This document shows positions 9,801 to 19,900 of a stretch of 64,000 nt of DNA, in pieces; the stretch's first letter is position 1; every line of letters starts with the position of its first letter. Under the pieces are notes generated by a model. The model saw only the letters and a list, made by a program, of their open reading frames with translations, was not told the origin of the DNA and did not search any database. Where the stretch lies: contig CM119268.1 in assembly GCA_051294375.1 (NCBI GenBank), positions 11,719,585 through 11,783,584 of the forward strand, given 5' to 3'. Origin of the DNA: Paraspadella gotoi (Eukaryota; Animalia; Chaetognatha). The position numbers and the translations under genes are program-made.

Positions 9801-12090
9801 ATATGGAAAAACAGAATGTTCCGCTTTTTGGTTTTCAAGCGCTTCTTCCCAGTGTTTGTGAAATTAGACAAAATAATTGCAAAAGAAGAAGTGAGAAGAG
9901 AGAGAGAGAAGACGAAAGTTTAAAGTTTCCAACAAAGTGGTGAGACAGAATAGCTGGTCAGAGGTTGAGGACAGGGTAAGGTTGAAGACTTTGCTTGGAA
10001 ACTTTAACTTTCTCTACCTTCTCTTCTCTCTCACTCTCTTCCTTTTGCGGCACAATATTTTGTCTCTAATTCACAAAACTGAAGAAGGCTTGAAAACCAA
10101 AAGCCGAAACATGTCGTTTTCCTAATAAAAAATTTCGTTGGAAACTAATATAAAACTTGTTTTCTCTATGTCACTTAACTTCATAAAAATTATTTCTGTC
10201 TTCTTCAAAGCCAACATTTGTAACCGGGCCTCTCGATTGCATAAATTTTAAATACATTTTATTATCCGAAACTGTTAAAACAAAAAACAAAACAACCTTA
10301 ACGACCAAACAACCTTAACGACGGCGTCAGCCGTGGGTGCCTTGCTAGTGAACGGCTGGTTGCCGTCGTGGAGCACAGCATCTGCAGGTTGTTTGATGTG
10401 AGGCTGAGGTGTCGATCCCGACGCCGGAGAACGACTTGACGAGGGTTAGAGTCTGCGGGGGGCCAACGTCGCGGAAGAGGAAAAACAGCCTTGGATCGCA
10501 TGGGGCCTTAGATCGGTAGTCCAAGAGATGCGAGCAGATGCGTTAATGACTAATTTATTTCTGTGGTTAACCTGACTGGATTCTAGTAGTTTTATCGATG
10601 TATATTTTTTTTTTCGATCCACGGAAAGATATACACTGGTGACGAGACTGTTACAAATACTAACAAATAAAAGTTCACTCTATACCAACCTCTCCAAAGA
10701 TAGACACCGCGTCCCAGTCCAGGACGTACTTCTTGATCGCCTTCGTTGTAAAGACGCACTTTTTCCGATTGGCGAATCTGGAACCGGCCGTCAGAGGCGC
10801 TGGGGTGGCGTTTTGAAGGGCGAAGACGAGTTCCCCGTGTTCCGTCTCGACGAAAAATTCGCCGCAGGAGAAAGTCGCGTTGGTGATTGAACTTAAGGGG
10901 GCAAAGAGTTTAACAGTATAAAAATTAAAAAAAACAAAGTAAGAATAAAACAAAAGTAATTTAAAAAGAATATTCAGAAAATGTAAAAATTAATTTAAAA
11001 AAATAATCAGAAAAGAAAGAAACATAAAATAGGTAAAAAAAAAAAGAAAGTAAAAATTTTAAACATAATTAAAAGGGCATAAAAAATGAGCCGCTATAAA
11101 ATATATCCGACAATGAAGTCGAGAGTTATGACAATTCTTCAAACTTCTTTCCCCGGCGCGCTCCGTACCTGTTTATCCCTTCCTTGATCGATTCGCAAGT
11201 CGACGCAATCGTCGGACAAAAGACGAGCGACGGAAATCCCTCGGCGGCGTCTCCCTCAGACGTCATTGTGGCGCTAAGAGGCGTCATCGCCACCCGCGAC
11301 TCCGGTTTTTGATGGAGGTAATCCTTTGGTAGGGTTGGTGGGGGTACGAAAGAAGAAACAGATTTGAAATTTTAATTTTTTTGTTCTATTATATGTTTAA
11401 TAAAAAAAATAGGGGAATAGTTAATAAAGTCCCTGCTCTTTTGTTTTTAAAGGAACTTTATACGTAGTGACATCGAGGGGAGTTTTAAGATTTTAGTTTT
11501 TTCATTTTTAGATTTTTTAAAATATATTTTGTGGTGTAATCCTTTCGTTTCGTTGTGTAATGATTAGAAGAGTTTGAAATTGACGCTGATGAAGGCTTGT
11601 AATTGAGCCGAAACATGTCCGTTATTAATAAAAATAAAACGTTGTTGAAAATTAATTTCAAACTCTCCTAAAATATATTTTTAAATATTCTATTTTTAAG
11701 TAATGTCACAGATTAGAAATAATAGAAAAACTGTCTTCTCGAAATTACTGTAAGTCTAACTGGGCAAACACAACCTTTGAGAAAGGGTATGAAGAAAAGG
11801 ATGAAATTACTGAAAAGATGATTGGGAAAACTTTTAAAATTGATTTAAAGTAGCTTTGTAATCAATCCTTTCGGTCTTAAACATCTTACATTGACGTCTT
11901 TCCAGACGAACCACATGACGAGCGAATACATAACGATGCAGACGATGAGCCAAAGAAATCCGCATTTTTTATTGGGATGAAGGACGTGCGCCCAACCGTG
12001 AGCCGACGTCGTCTGGAAAAAGTGGCTGACGGTGAAGGGCGCGGGCTCCGTCGCCTCTTGGGGCGGTTCCGGTGTTGGCGAATCCTTCAT
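3868..12090 (-). CDS. DEG/ENaC (ASIC-like) channel subunit with inserted C-type lectin and mucin segments; multi-exon
   Basis: Exons read by hand: 12090-11890 (FFQTTSAHGWAHV = HG motif, then TM1 GFLWLIVCIVMYSLVMWFVW); 11323-11169 (DYLHQK...FPSLVFCP); 10891-10690 (SITNATFSCGEFFVETEHG); 8979-8709; 8624-8159; 7819-7545; 7269-7168 (NNTGLELFIGTENAAYSTAGFTVAL); 7020-6867 (VRRELRPGRCVRLGM, needs one 1-nt indel); 6627-6522; 6196-5946; 4461-4274 (GCKETCPASPTELSLSFTSS...EIKVVMPERFLKVTE); 4041-3868 (TM2 EDLLGAIGGHLGLFVGVSVLTVLEF, stop TGA). All junctions are GT-AG and phase-compatible once that indel is allowed; the phase across the mucin exon cannot be verified because it contains Ns. Confidence 0.8.
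4666..6666. repeat. Inverted duplication of about 950 bp (arms about 4666-5622 and 5706-6666)
   Basis: The arms are reverse complements differing mainly by small indels; spacer about 85 bp. 6681-6785 repeats 6565-6670 again across an N gap with a few SNPs. Confidence 0.9.
5946..6196 (-). CDS. Thr/Lys-rich mucin-like exon, probably part of the DEG/ENaC gene
   Basis: Acceptor ttcttttag|GC TCA TCG and donor GCA G|GTTTGA (phase 1-1); encodes SSPLTETTTSTTTTTTTMTQTTTTTKKPTT...KAKDA; contains a 10-N gap. Confidence 0.55.
7545..8624 (-). CDS. C-type lectin domain (EPN/WND, mannose/GlcNAc type) on two exons, apparently part of the DEG/ENaC gene
   Basis: ECVDG...IWGKAKAACEDRGMRLVVLD|SQELIDAAS...FWAGASDIEKEGDWRWLDGS...WNQGEPNDKRGNEDCLSV...WNDASCDKELPFICQ. 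A phase-2 intron (8158-7820) joins the two halves. Confidence 0.92.
9512..9715 (+). mobile_element. Degenerate copy of the tRNA-headed repeat family with AACCGTTCA/TGAACGGTT inverted repeats
   Basis: Shares tggtggactNaaaa...aaaccgttca...ggtgcagaggc...gcctcccaa...aaagggtccgg and the 3' aacggttct with the copies at 56.7-58.7 kb. Confidence 0.55.
10075..10120 (+). ncRNA. Minimal type I hammerhead ribozyme (Penelope/retrozyme type), variant core
   Basis: aaaa CTGAAGA a GGCTT-gaaaaccaa-AAGCC GAAA catg TC gtttt: CUGANGA core, stem II, GAAA, palindromic ACATGT stem III, GUC triplet; stem I imperfect. Confidence 0.65.
11581..11624 (+). ncRNA. Minimal type I hammerhead ribozyme (Penelope/retrozyme type)
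   Basis: TGACG CTGATGA a GGCT-tgtaattg-AGCC GAAA CATG TC CGTTA: complete core, stem I TGACG/CGTTA, predicted cleavage after GUC (11619). Confidence 0.8.
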
Positions 12091-12142
12091 TGCTGATGGT
12101 CGATCATTGCTGTTTTGAGATTTTAAGGAAACGGATGGAATT

Positions 12143-12254
12143 ATGAAATTGGTACAACCAATATAAAAATTATCCATTCATTTAATAAATAAGCTATCTT
12201 GTCCCTGACTTTGGACGTCTTTGGTGGTTTAAGGCCTCCATCACACTTACAAGA
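12143..12254. repeat. Dispersed repeat of about 110 bp, copy 1
   Basis: Near-identical to 16453-16565 (atgaaattggtacaacc...ggcctccatcacactt). Confidence 0.85.
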
Positions 12255-13163
12255 GTATGTAAGAGAAACGAGTTTGTCTGACTTAGGGAAGTTATTTTAG
12301 TTTTTTAACGACTTTTACGTTATTTTTTATATTTCGTGTAAGAAACAATTAAATACTCACTCGACAATTTGAGAATCTGTCCTAGTTCGTAAATCGGAAA
12401 GGGCGAAAATGAGTTTGTGTTTCATTGTAACTAGCCAGTTTATTTTTTTATACCTGCGGTAGTTCAGATAAAACGGCTTTGAGAAGTTACAGCGAAATCG
12501 ATAATTACGAAACGAAAGAGAACCTAAAAAAAAAAATGAAAGGGATTAAGTAGCGAAAAATAAATGCGTTTTCGTGGATGGAAAGGATTTGACTTATTGC
12601 TTTCATTTTTTCTTGCAACTGATTTTTATTGTGGATTGCTGATGTTTGGTGGAAATCCCAGATTTGTTGTAGTCCCGAGATTGTATTTGATACGCAGTTG
12701 TTATCATTAAAAGATTAACATAACTAATAACTTTATCGTTATTTTTCTATCAAATAATTTTTGAGGAAATTTAATATCTTTCCCGATTGAACTAGCAAAT
12801 TGGACAGAAATGATTTCTTGATTTGAAAAGTTAAAGAGATAAAATCTATTTTATGGAGTAAATTTATTCTAAGAAAAAAGATCAACAATACATGGCAATG
12901 TATCAACAATTTCAGAAGGATGGACGTAGGTTAAATACGAGTAGAAAACTAAATGATAACGTATTTCCTAACGATGATTTTAAAAATAAATTCATTGACA
13001 AGCAACTAGTCCAATGTTAGTTATTGCACGACGAATTAGAACCAATGCAGTTTTTAATCGTTGTACAAAAATTTCAGTCGTAAAAATAACTCTAATAATC
13101 CTCGCAAAAAAGAAACTTTGAATAATGCAGTTTGCAGCAGCTAATCGTCAAGCCAGTCGTAAA

Positions 13164-13199
<36 letters not shown>

Positions 13200-13345
13200 N
13201 NNNNNNNNNNNNNNNNNNNNNNNNNNNNNNNNNNNNNNNNNNNNNNNNNNNNNNNNNNNNNNNNNNNNNNNNNNNNNNNNNNNNNNNNNNNNNNNNNNNN
13301 NNNNNNNNNNNNNNNNNNNNNNNNNNNNNNNNNNNNGACACTCTT

Positions 13346-13821
13346 TCACAATTCGGTCGTCAGAAACGTGTAGTTGTCTCTTCTCTCGATCGTCGAGTAA
13401 ACTTGTTCGTGTTCTGACACGGCAATGACGGGGCTGCCGCCAATGATCGGCGCCGTCGGGGGCGGCGGATGCGGCGGCGGACGCGCGTCGTGATGCCGCG
13501 GTGGAGGCGGAGGCGGCGTGAGGGGCAGCGGCGAGGGCGTGACGCGCCGATCCCGAGACGGAAGCGGTAGCGTCGCGTCCGAATAAAACTTGTCCGATTG
13601 GATGTCGTACTTGGCCTGCAGCGCGTAGAGGTGAGACGGCGCCGCGTCCATGTAGTAGCGCTGCTGCTTGGCGCCGCCACCGACGCCACCCGAGTGACCG
13701 GAAGTGAGTGAGGGGCGCCGCTGCAGCGGGTGAGGATGATGGAGTTTGGGCGTGGCGTAGGGGTGGTCGAAGCGGAGGTCCTCGTCCGACGTTCTGAAAT
13801 CAATCAATCAATCAATCTATT

Positions 13822-13906
<85 letters not shown>

Positions 13907-16900
13907 ATCAATCAATCAGTTGAAGTACCTTCGCGAATGACGGAACCGCACGCATCGTCGGTAGAAGACGACAAGAATGGCGACGATGACGACGACGATT
14001 ACGAGACCGACGACGACGATGACGACGAAGACGAGGGATTGCGACGAGACGAGTCCCGACCAAAAATCGTCGTCGTCTTCCAGGACGGAGAGGTCGTTGT
14101 CATCCGAGGGAAAGGCTGAAGTGTCTGGCGAAGAGTTAAAGGAAAGAATATGTTATTCACGATTGATTTTCATTAGGTACTTTATCTAAATAGTTTTATC
14201 AATTAGATAAGCAATTAGTTTAGTTAGTTGGTTATTTTAGTTAATTATTTTAGTTAATTTAGTTATTTTCCTTATTTAGGGTATTATTTACATAGATTAC
14301 CTTTGAACTCTCGTAGCCTCTCCTCAACAAACCTTCAAAGTTCAACCAACCTGCGGAGGAAGCGTTGGAGGGTCGTCGTTCCTCCACTTTAAAATCTTCG
14401 TCGTTTGTCGTCGTCGTCGTCGTCTTCGTCCTTGTCGTGGTCGATTCCTCCAACGACTTCGGAGTGTGGCGTTGATAAGTTCGTACAGCCACGGTCGACG
14501 AAGTCGTCGGCGACCTAAGTCGGGGATCGTCGACGGCAGCTTTCGTGACGAGCGGTTGGACGGGTCGGCTCACGGATGATGAAGGAGGCGATGGATGAGA
14601 GGTTGGGGGTTTGAAGGGGGAAGGTGGGGTGTTGGAGGAATGTCTCGCAGTCGACGGAGCGGTTGGGATGTGGGATGAAAAGTTTGGGGATGAATGGGAT
14701 GTCTGATCGAAGGGGCGCGGTGAGAGGGAGTTGGAACGATTGAAGGTCCATCGCGAGTCTGACTGATCTTCGGAAGGAGAAGTTGCGACGAAGTCTTCCG
14801 AAGGGAAAGAAGAGAGAGCTTCGTTGGAGATAGTTGGGGTCTCGTCAGCGTCGGCGCCGACATGGGCATCTGCGTCGGTGTCGTCGAAGGTGGCGTCGGC
14901 AGCGGAGTTCGTCAAAGGCGTCGTCGCGTCGAAGATAGAATGTTCCGAAGTCCATCGGCTCGTCAAGTCATCGACCTCAGCTGAAGGAATTGACGGATAA
15001 GTCGTGGTAATGGAAGATGTAGTTGATGTCGTCGTTGATGTTCTCGGCGTTGTTGTTGCGACTGTCGACGTTTCTGACGTCGTCGTCGTCGTCGTCGTCG
15101 TTTTCGTCGAAAGATTTTCTCTCGCAAAAAAGTCGTCGATTTCGTTCGTTCCTTTCGTTGGATTCGACTTCTGCGGGAAAAAGGTTAAACAATTTTCATA
15201 TTAAATAAATATTAAACGATAAAGTTAAACAATTTATATATTTAATGAAGCGACCAAATCGCTTTAAACTCATTGGATCTACCATGAGCGTCGCCGCGGA
15301 GTTGGTCGTGGATGCAATGGAAGTCGTCTCCGATTTCTGCAGCTGACCCGAACCCTCGAAGATCTCATCAGATCCCGTCGCTCGCGGATCCGTCTCTTCA
15401 TCTTCCACGTCTTTGTCGACGTATTCATCGTCATCGTCGTTGTCGTCGTCTTCTTCGTCTTCGTCTTCGTCGTCATCGTCGTCGTCTTCGTCTTCGACGT
15501 CATCGTCATCGTCATCGTCTTCAATGAAGATGTCGCCGTCTTCGACAGGGATATCTGTTGTTGTTGTTGTTGTCGCTTCTTTCGTCGTCAAAGAAATATT
15601 TTTCTTCGGCGTCTTTGTTGTCGAGTTCTCGCTGACGCTCGAAAGTCTCGCTGTGACCGTTGCCTTGGCAATCGAGGCCTTGGTAGGCGTGGCCGAAGCC
15701 GTCGAATCATTTGAGTTCTCTTCAGAAGCTACCGAAGAGGTTGACTCTTCAGTTTCCTTCGATTTTTCCTTCCTACCCCTACTTTCATCCAAAGTTCCCT
15801 CCTCCTCCGCTTCAGCCACCGGACGCCGCTGCAGCGCCGCTTCCGCAGATCTCTCCTCTTCCGCTGCCTCCGCCTTCCGCTTCCACGCCTCGAAGTCAGG
15901 GATTTCGAAAAGAGAGTCGGAGTCAATCAACTCTTTGGCCAAGTCTTCGTTCATTTCCACCTGAGAAAAAAATATAGTTACTTCTTTCATTGGTTTAGAG
16001 GTTTTCGTGAAACAAAGTAACAGTTTAAAAGTTTAAAGTTTGAATTCATTGACTTTTAAATATTCACAGGAAATGAAAATTGTTTTCAAAATATCTTTTA
16101 ACCTCTACGAATATCGGCGTCATCTTTTCTTCTTTCGTTGACCCTTGCGCTTCCAGCTTCCTCGTCGTTGTCGTCGTCGTCGTCGTCGTCGTCATCGTCG
16201 TAGATGGCGGCTTTCCTTCCTCTCCCTGGTCCTCCTCAGGTTCCCCATCAATCTCCACCCCAGCAGCCAATTCAGCCGGCCAATCGCAATCGAGTATCCC
16301 TAAATCTTCCTGCAGCACGAAACCTTCCTCCTCCAGCACGCAGCGAACGCAAGAGCATTTGATGGCGCGAGGACCCATATGCTCGACTATTTGAAGAGCC
16401 GCTGGATGTTGCCAGGAACGAGTGTCAATGCGGATCTTGCCTGAAGGTTTTAATGAAATTGGTACAACCAATATAAAAATTATCCATCCATTTAATAAAT
16501 AAGCTATCTTGTCCCTGACTTTGGACAGGCTTTGGTGGTTTAAGGCCTCCATCACACTTGCAAGATAATAACAAAACAGGTTTCTGCAAGCTTTTAATCA
16601 AGCCTCTCTAATGTGTAAATTGGATTTTGCATGGGAATGCAATATGCTGGTTAGCTCAGCTGGTTAGAGCGTGGTGCTAATAACGCCAAGGTCGGGTTCG
16701 ATCCCTACTGGCCAAGAATGATTGTAAAGTTTTTGTGTGGTAATGCCAAATTTATAAAAATGTTAATTTTACCAAAAATTCAGCATTCACAACTGGCCGG
16801 TTAGCTCAGCTGGTTAGAGAGTGGTGCTAATAACGCCAAGGTCGTGGTTCGATCCCCCCACTGGCCAAGAATGATTGTAAATTTTTGTGGTAATGCCAAA

Positions 16901-19900
16901 TTAATTAATAAAATGTTAATTTACAAAATTCAGATTTCCACAACTGGCGGTTAGCTCAAGCTGGTTAGAGCGTGGTGCTAATAACGCCAAGGTCGTGGGT
17001 TCGATCCCCCCACTGGCCAGAATGATTGTAAATTTTTGTGGTAATGCCAAAATTTAATAAAATGTTAATTTTACAAAATTCAGCATTTCACAACTGGCCG
17101 GTTAGCTCAGCTGGTTAGAGCGTGGTGCTAATAACGCCAAGGTCGTGGGTTCGATCCCCCCACTGGCAAGAATGATTGTATAATTTTGTGGTAATGCCAA
17201 AATTTAATAAAATGTTAATTTTACAAAATTCAGCTTTCACAAACTGGCCGGTTAGCTCAGCTGGTTAGAGGTGGTGCTAATAATGCCAAGGTCGTGGGTT
17301 CGATCCCCCACTGGCCAAGAATGATTGTAAATTTTTGTGGTAATGCCAAAAATTTAATAAAAATGTTAATTTTACAAAATTCAGCATTTCACAACTGGCG
17401 GTTAGCTCAGCTGGTTAGAGTGGTGCTAATAACGACCAAGGTCGTGGGTTCGATCCCCCCACTGCCAAGATGATTGTAAATTTTTGGTTAATGCCAAAAT
17501 TTAATAAAATGTTAATTTTACAAAATTCAGCTTTCACAACTGGCGGTTAGCTCAGCTGGTTAGAGAGTCGGTGCTAATAACGCCAAGGTCGTGGGTTCGA
17601 TCCCCCCACTGGCCAAGAATGATTGTAAATTTTTGTGGCTAATGCCAATTTAATAAAATGTTAATTTTACAAAATTCAGCTTTCACAACTGCCGGTTAGC
17701 TCAGCTGGTTAGAGTGTGTGCTAATAACGCCAAGGTCGTGGGTTCGATCCCCCCACTGGCCAAGAATGATTGTAAATTTTTGTGGTAATGCCCAAAATTT
17801 AATAAAATGTTAATTTACAAAATTCAGCATTTCACAACTGGCCGGTTAGCTCAGCTGGTTAGAGCGTGGTGCTAATAACGCCAAGGTCGTGGGTTCGATC
17901 CCCCCACTAGCCAAGAATGATTGTATAATTTTTTGTGGTAATGCCAAAATTTAATAAAATGTTAATTTTACAAAATTCAGCATTTCACAACTGGCCGTTA
18001 GCTCAGCTGGTTAGAGCTGGTGTGCTAATAACGCCAAGGTCGTGGGTTCGATCCCCCACTGGCCAAGAATGATTGTAAATTTTTGTGGTAATGCCAAAAT
18101 TTAATAAAATGTTAATTTTACAAAATTCAGCTTTCACAACTGGCCGGTTAGCTCAGCTGGTTAGAGCGTGGTGCTAATAACGCCAAGGTCGTGGGTTCGA
18201 TCCCCCCACTGGCCAAGAATGATTGTAAATTTCTGTCGGTAATGCCAAAATTTAATAAAATGTTAATTTTACAAAATTTCAGCTTCACAACTGGCCGGTT
18301 AGCTCAGCTGCGTTAGAGCGTCGGTGCTAAATAACGCCAAGGTCGTGGGTTCGATCCCCCCAGCGGCCAAGAATGATTGTAAATTTTTGTGTGGTAATGG
18401 CCAAAATTTTAATAAAATGTTAATTTTACAAAATTCAGCTTTCACAACTGGCCGGTTAGCTCAGCTGGTTAGAGCGTGTGCTAATAAGCCAAGGTCGTGG
18501 GTTCGATCCCCCCACTGGCCATAATGATTGTATAATTTTTGTGGTAATGCCAAAATTTAATAAAATGTTAATTTTAACACAATTCAGCTTTCACAAACTG
18601 GCGGTTAGCTCAGCTGGTTAGAGCGTGGTGCTAATAACGCCAAGGTCGTGGGTTCGATCCCCCACTGGCAAGAATGACTTGTAAATTTTTTGTGGTAATG
18701 CCAAAATTTAATAAATGTTAATTTTACAAATTCAGCTTCACACACTGGGCCGGTTAGCGTCAGCGCTGGTTAGAGCGTTGTGCTAATAACGCCAAGGTCT
18801 GGGTTGCATCCCCCCACTGCGCCAAGAACTATCTGTATAACTTTTTGTGGCTATCTCACTCACCACATCTTACACTAAACATGTTAATTTTACCAAATTA
18901 GCAGTTCACAACTGGCCGCGTTAGCTCAGCTGCTTAGAGCGGCCGTGGTGCTAATAATGCCAAGGTCGTGGGCTTCGCATCCCCCACTGGCCAAAAATTG
19001 GATTGTTTAATTTTTGGTGGGTAATGCCAAAATGTTAATAAATGTGTAATTTACAAAATTCAGCTTCACAACTGGCCGGTTAGCTCAGCTGGTTAGAGCG
19101 TGGGTCTAATAAGCCAACGGTCGTGGGTTCGAATCCCCCCACTGCGCCCCAAGGCAAATGCTGTATTCTCTGTCGTGTAATGCCAAAATTTAATTAAAAT
19201 GTTTTAATTTCACAAAAATTCAGCTTCACAACTGGCCGGTTTAGGCTCAAGCTGGTTAGAGCGGGTGCTATAACGCAAGCTCGTGGGTTTTGATCCCCCA
19301 ACTGGCCAAGAATGATTGTATAATTTTTGTGGTAATGCAAAATTAATTAAAATGTTAATTTACAAAAATTCACTTCACAACTTGGCCGGTTAGCTCATGC
19401 TCGGTTAGAGCTGTGGTGCTAATAACGCCAGGTCGTGCAGGTTCGATCCCCCACTGTGCTAAGCAATGATTGTTATAATTTTTGTGGTAATGCAAAATTT
19501 AATAAGAATGTTAATTTAGCAAAATTCCAGCATTCACAACTGCGCGTTGCTCAGCGCTGGTTAGAGCGTCGGTGCTATAAACGCCGAAGGTCGTGGGTTC
19601 GATCCCCCCACTGGCCAAGAATGCATTGTTATAATTTTGTGTGCTAATGCCAAAATTAATAAAATTAATTTACAAAATTCACTTCAAAACTGGCCGGTTA
19701 GCTCAGCCCTTGTTAGAGCGTGGTGCTATAACGCCAAGCGTTCGTTGGTCATCCCCCCACTGGCAAATGATTGTAAATTTTGTGTGTAATGCCAAAGATT
19801 TAATAAAATGTTTAATTTTACAAAATAACGCATTCACAACTGGCCGATTAGCTCAGCTGGTTAGAGCGTGTGCAAATAACGCAGCGTGGGTTACGATCCC

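Noticed and set aside
10430-10500. Telomerase RNA-like motifs on the minus strand (CTAACCCT and GCTGTTTTTC)
   Set aside because: The pseudoknot-like motif lies upstream of the template-like motif, the wrong order, and no H/ACA or CR4/5 element was recognised.
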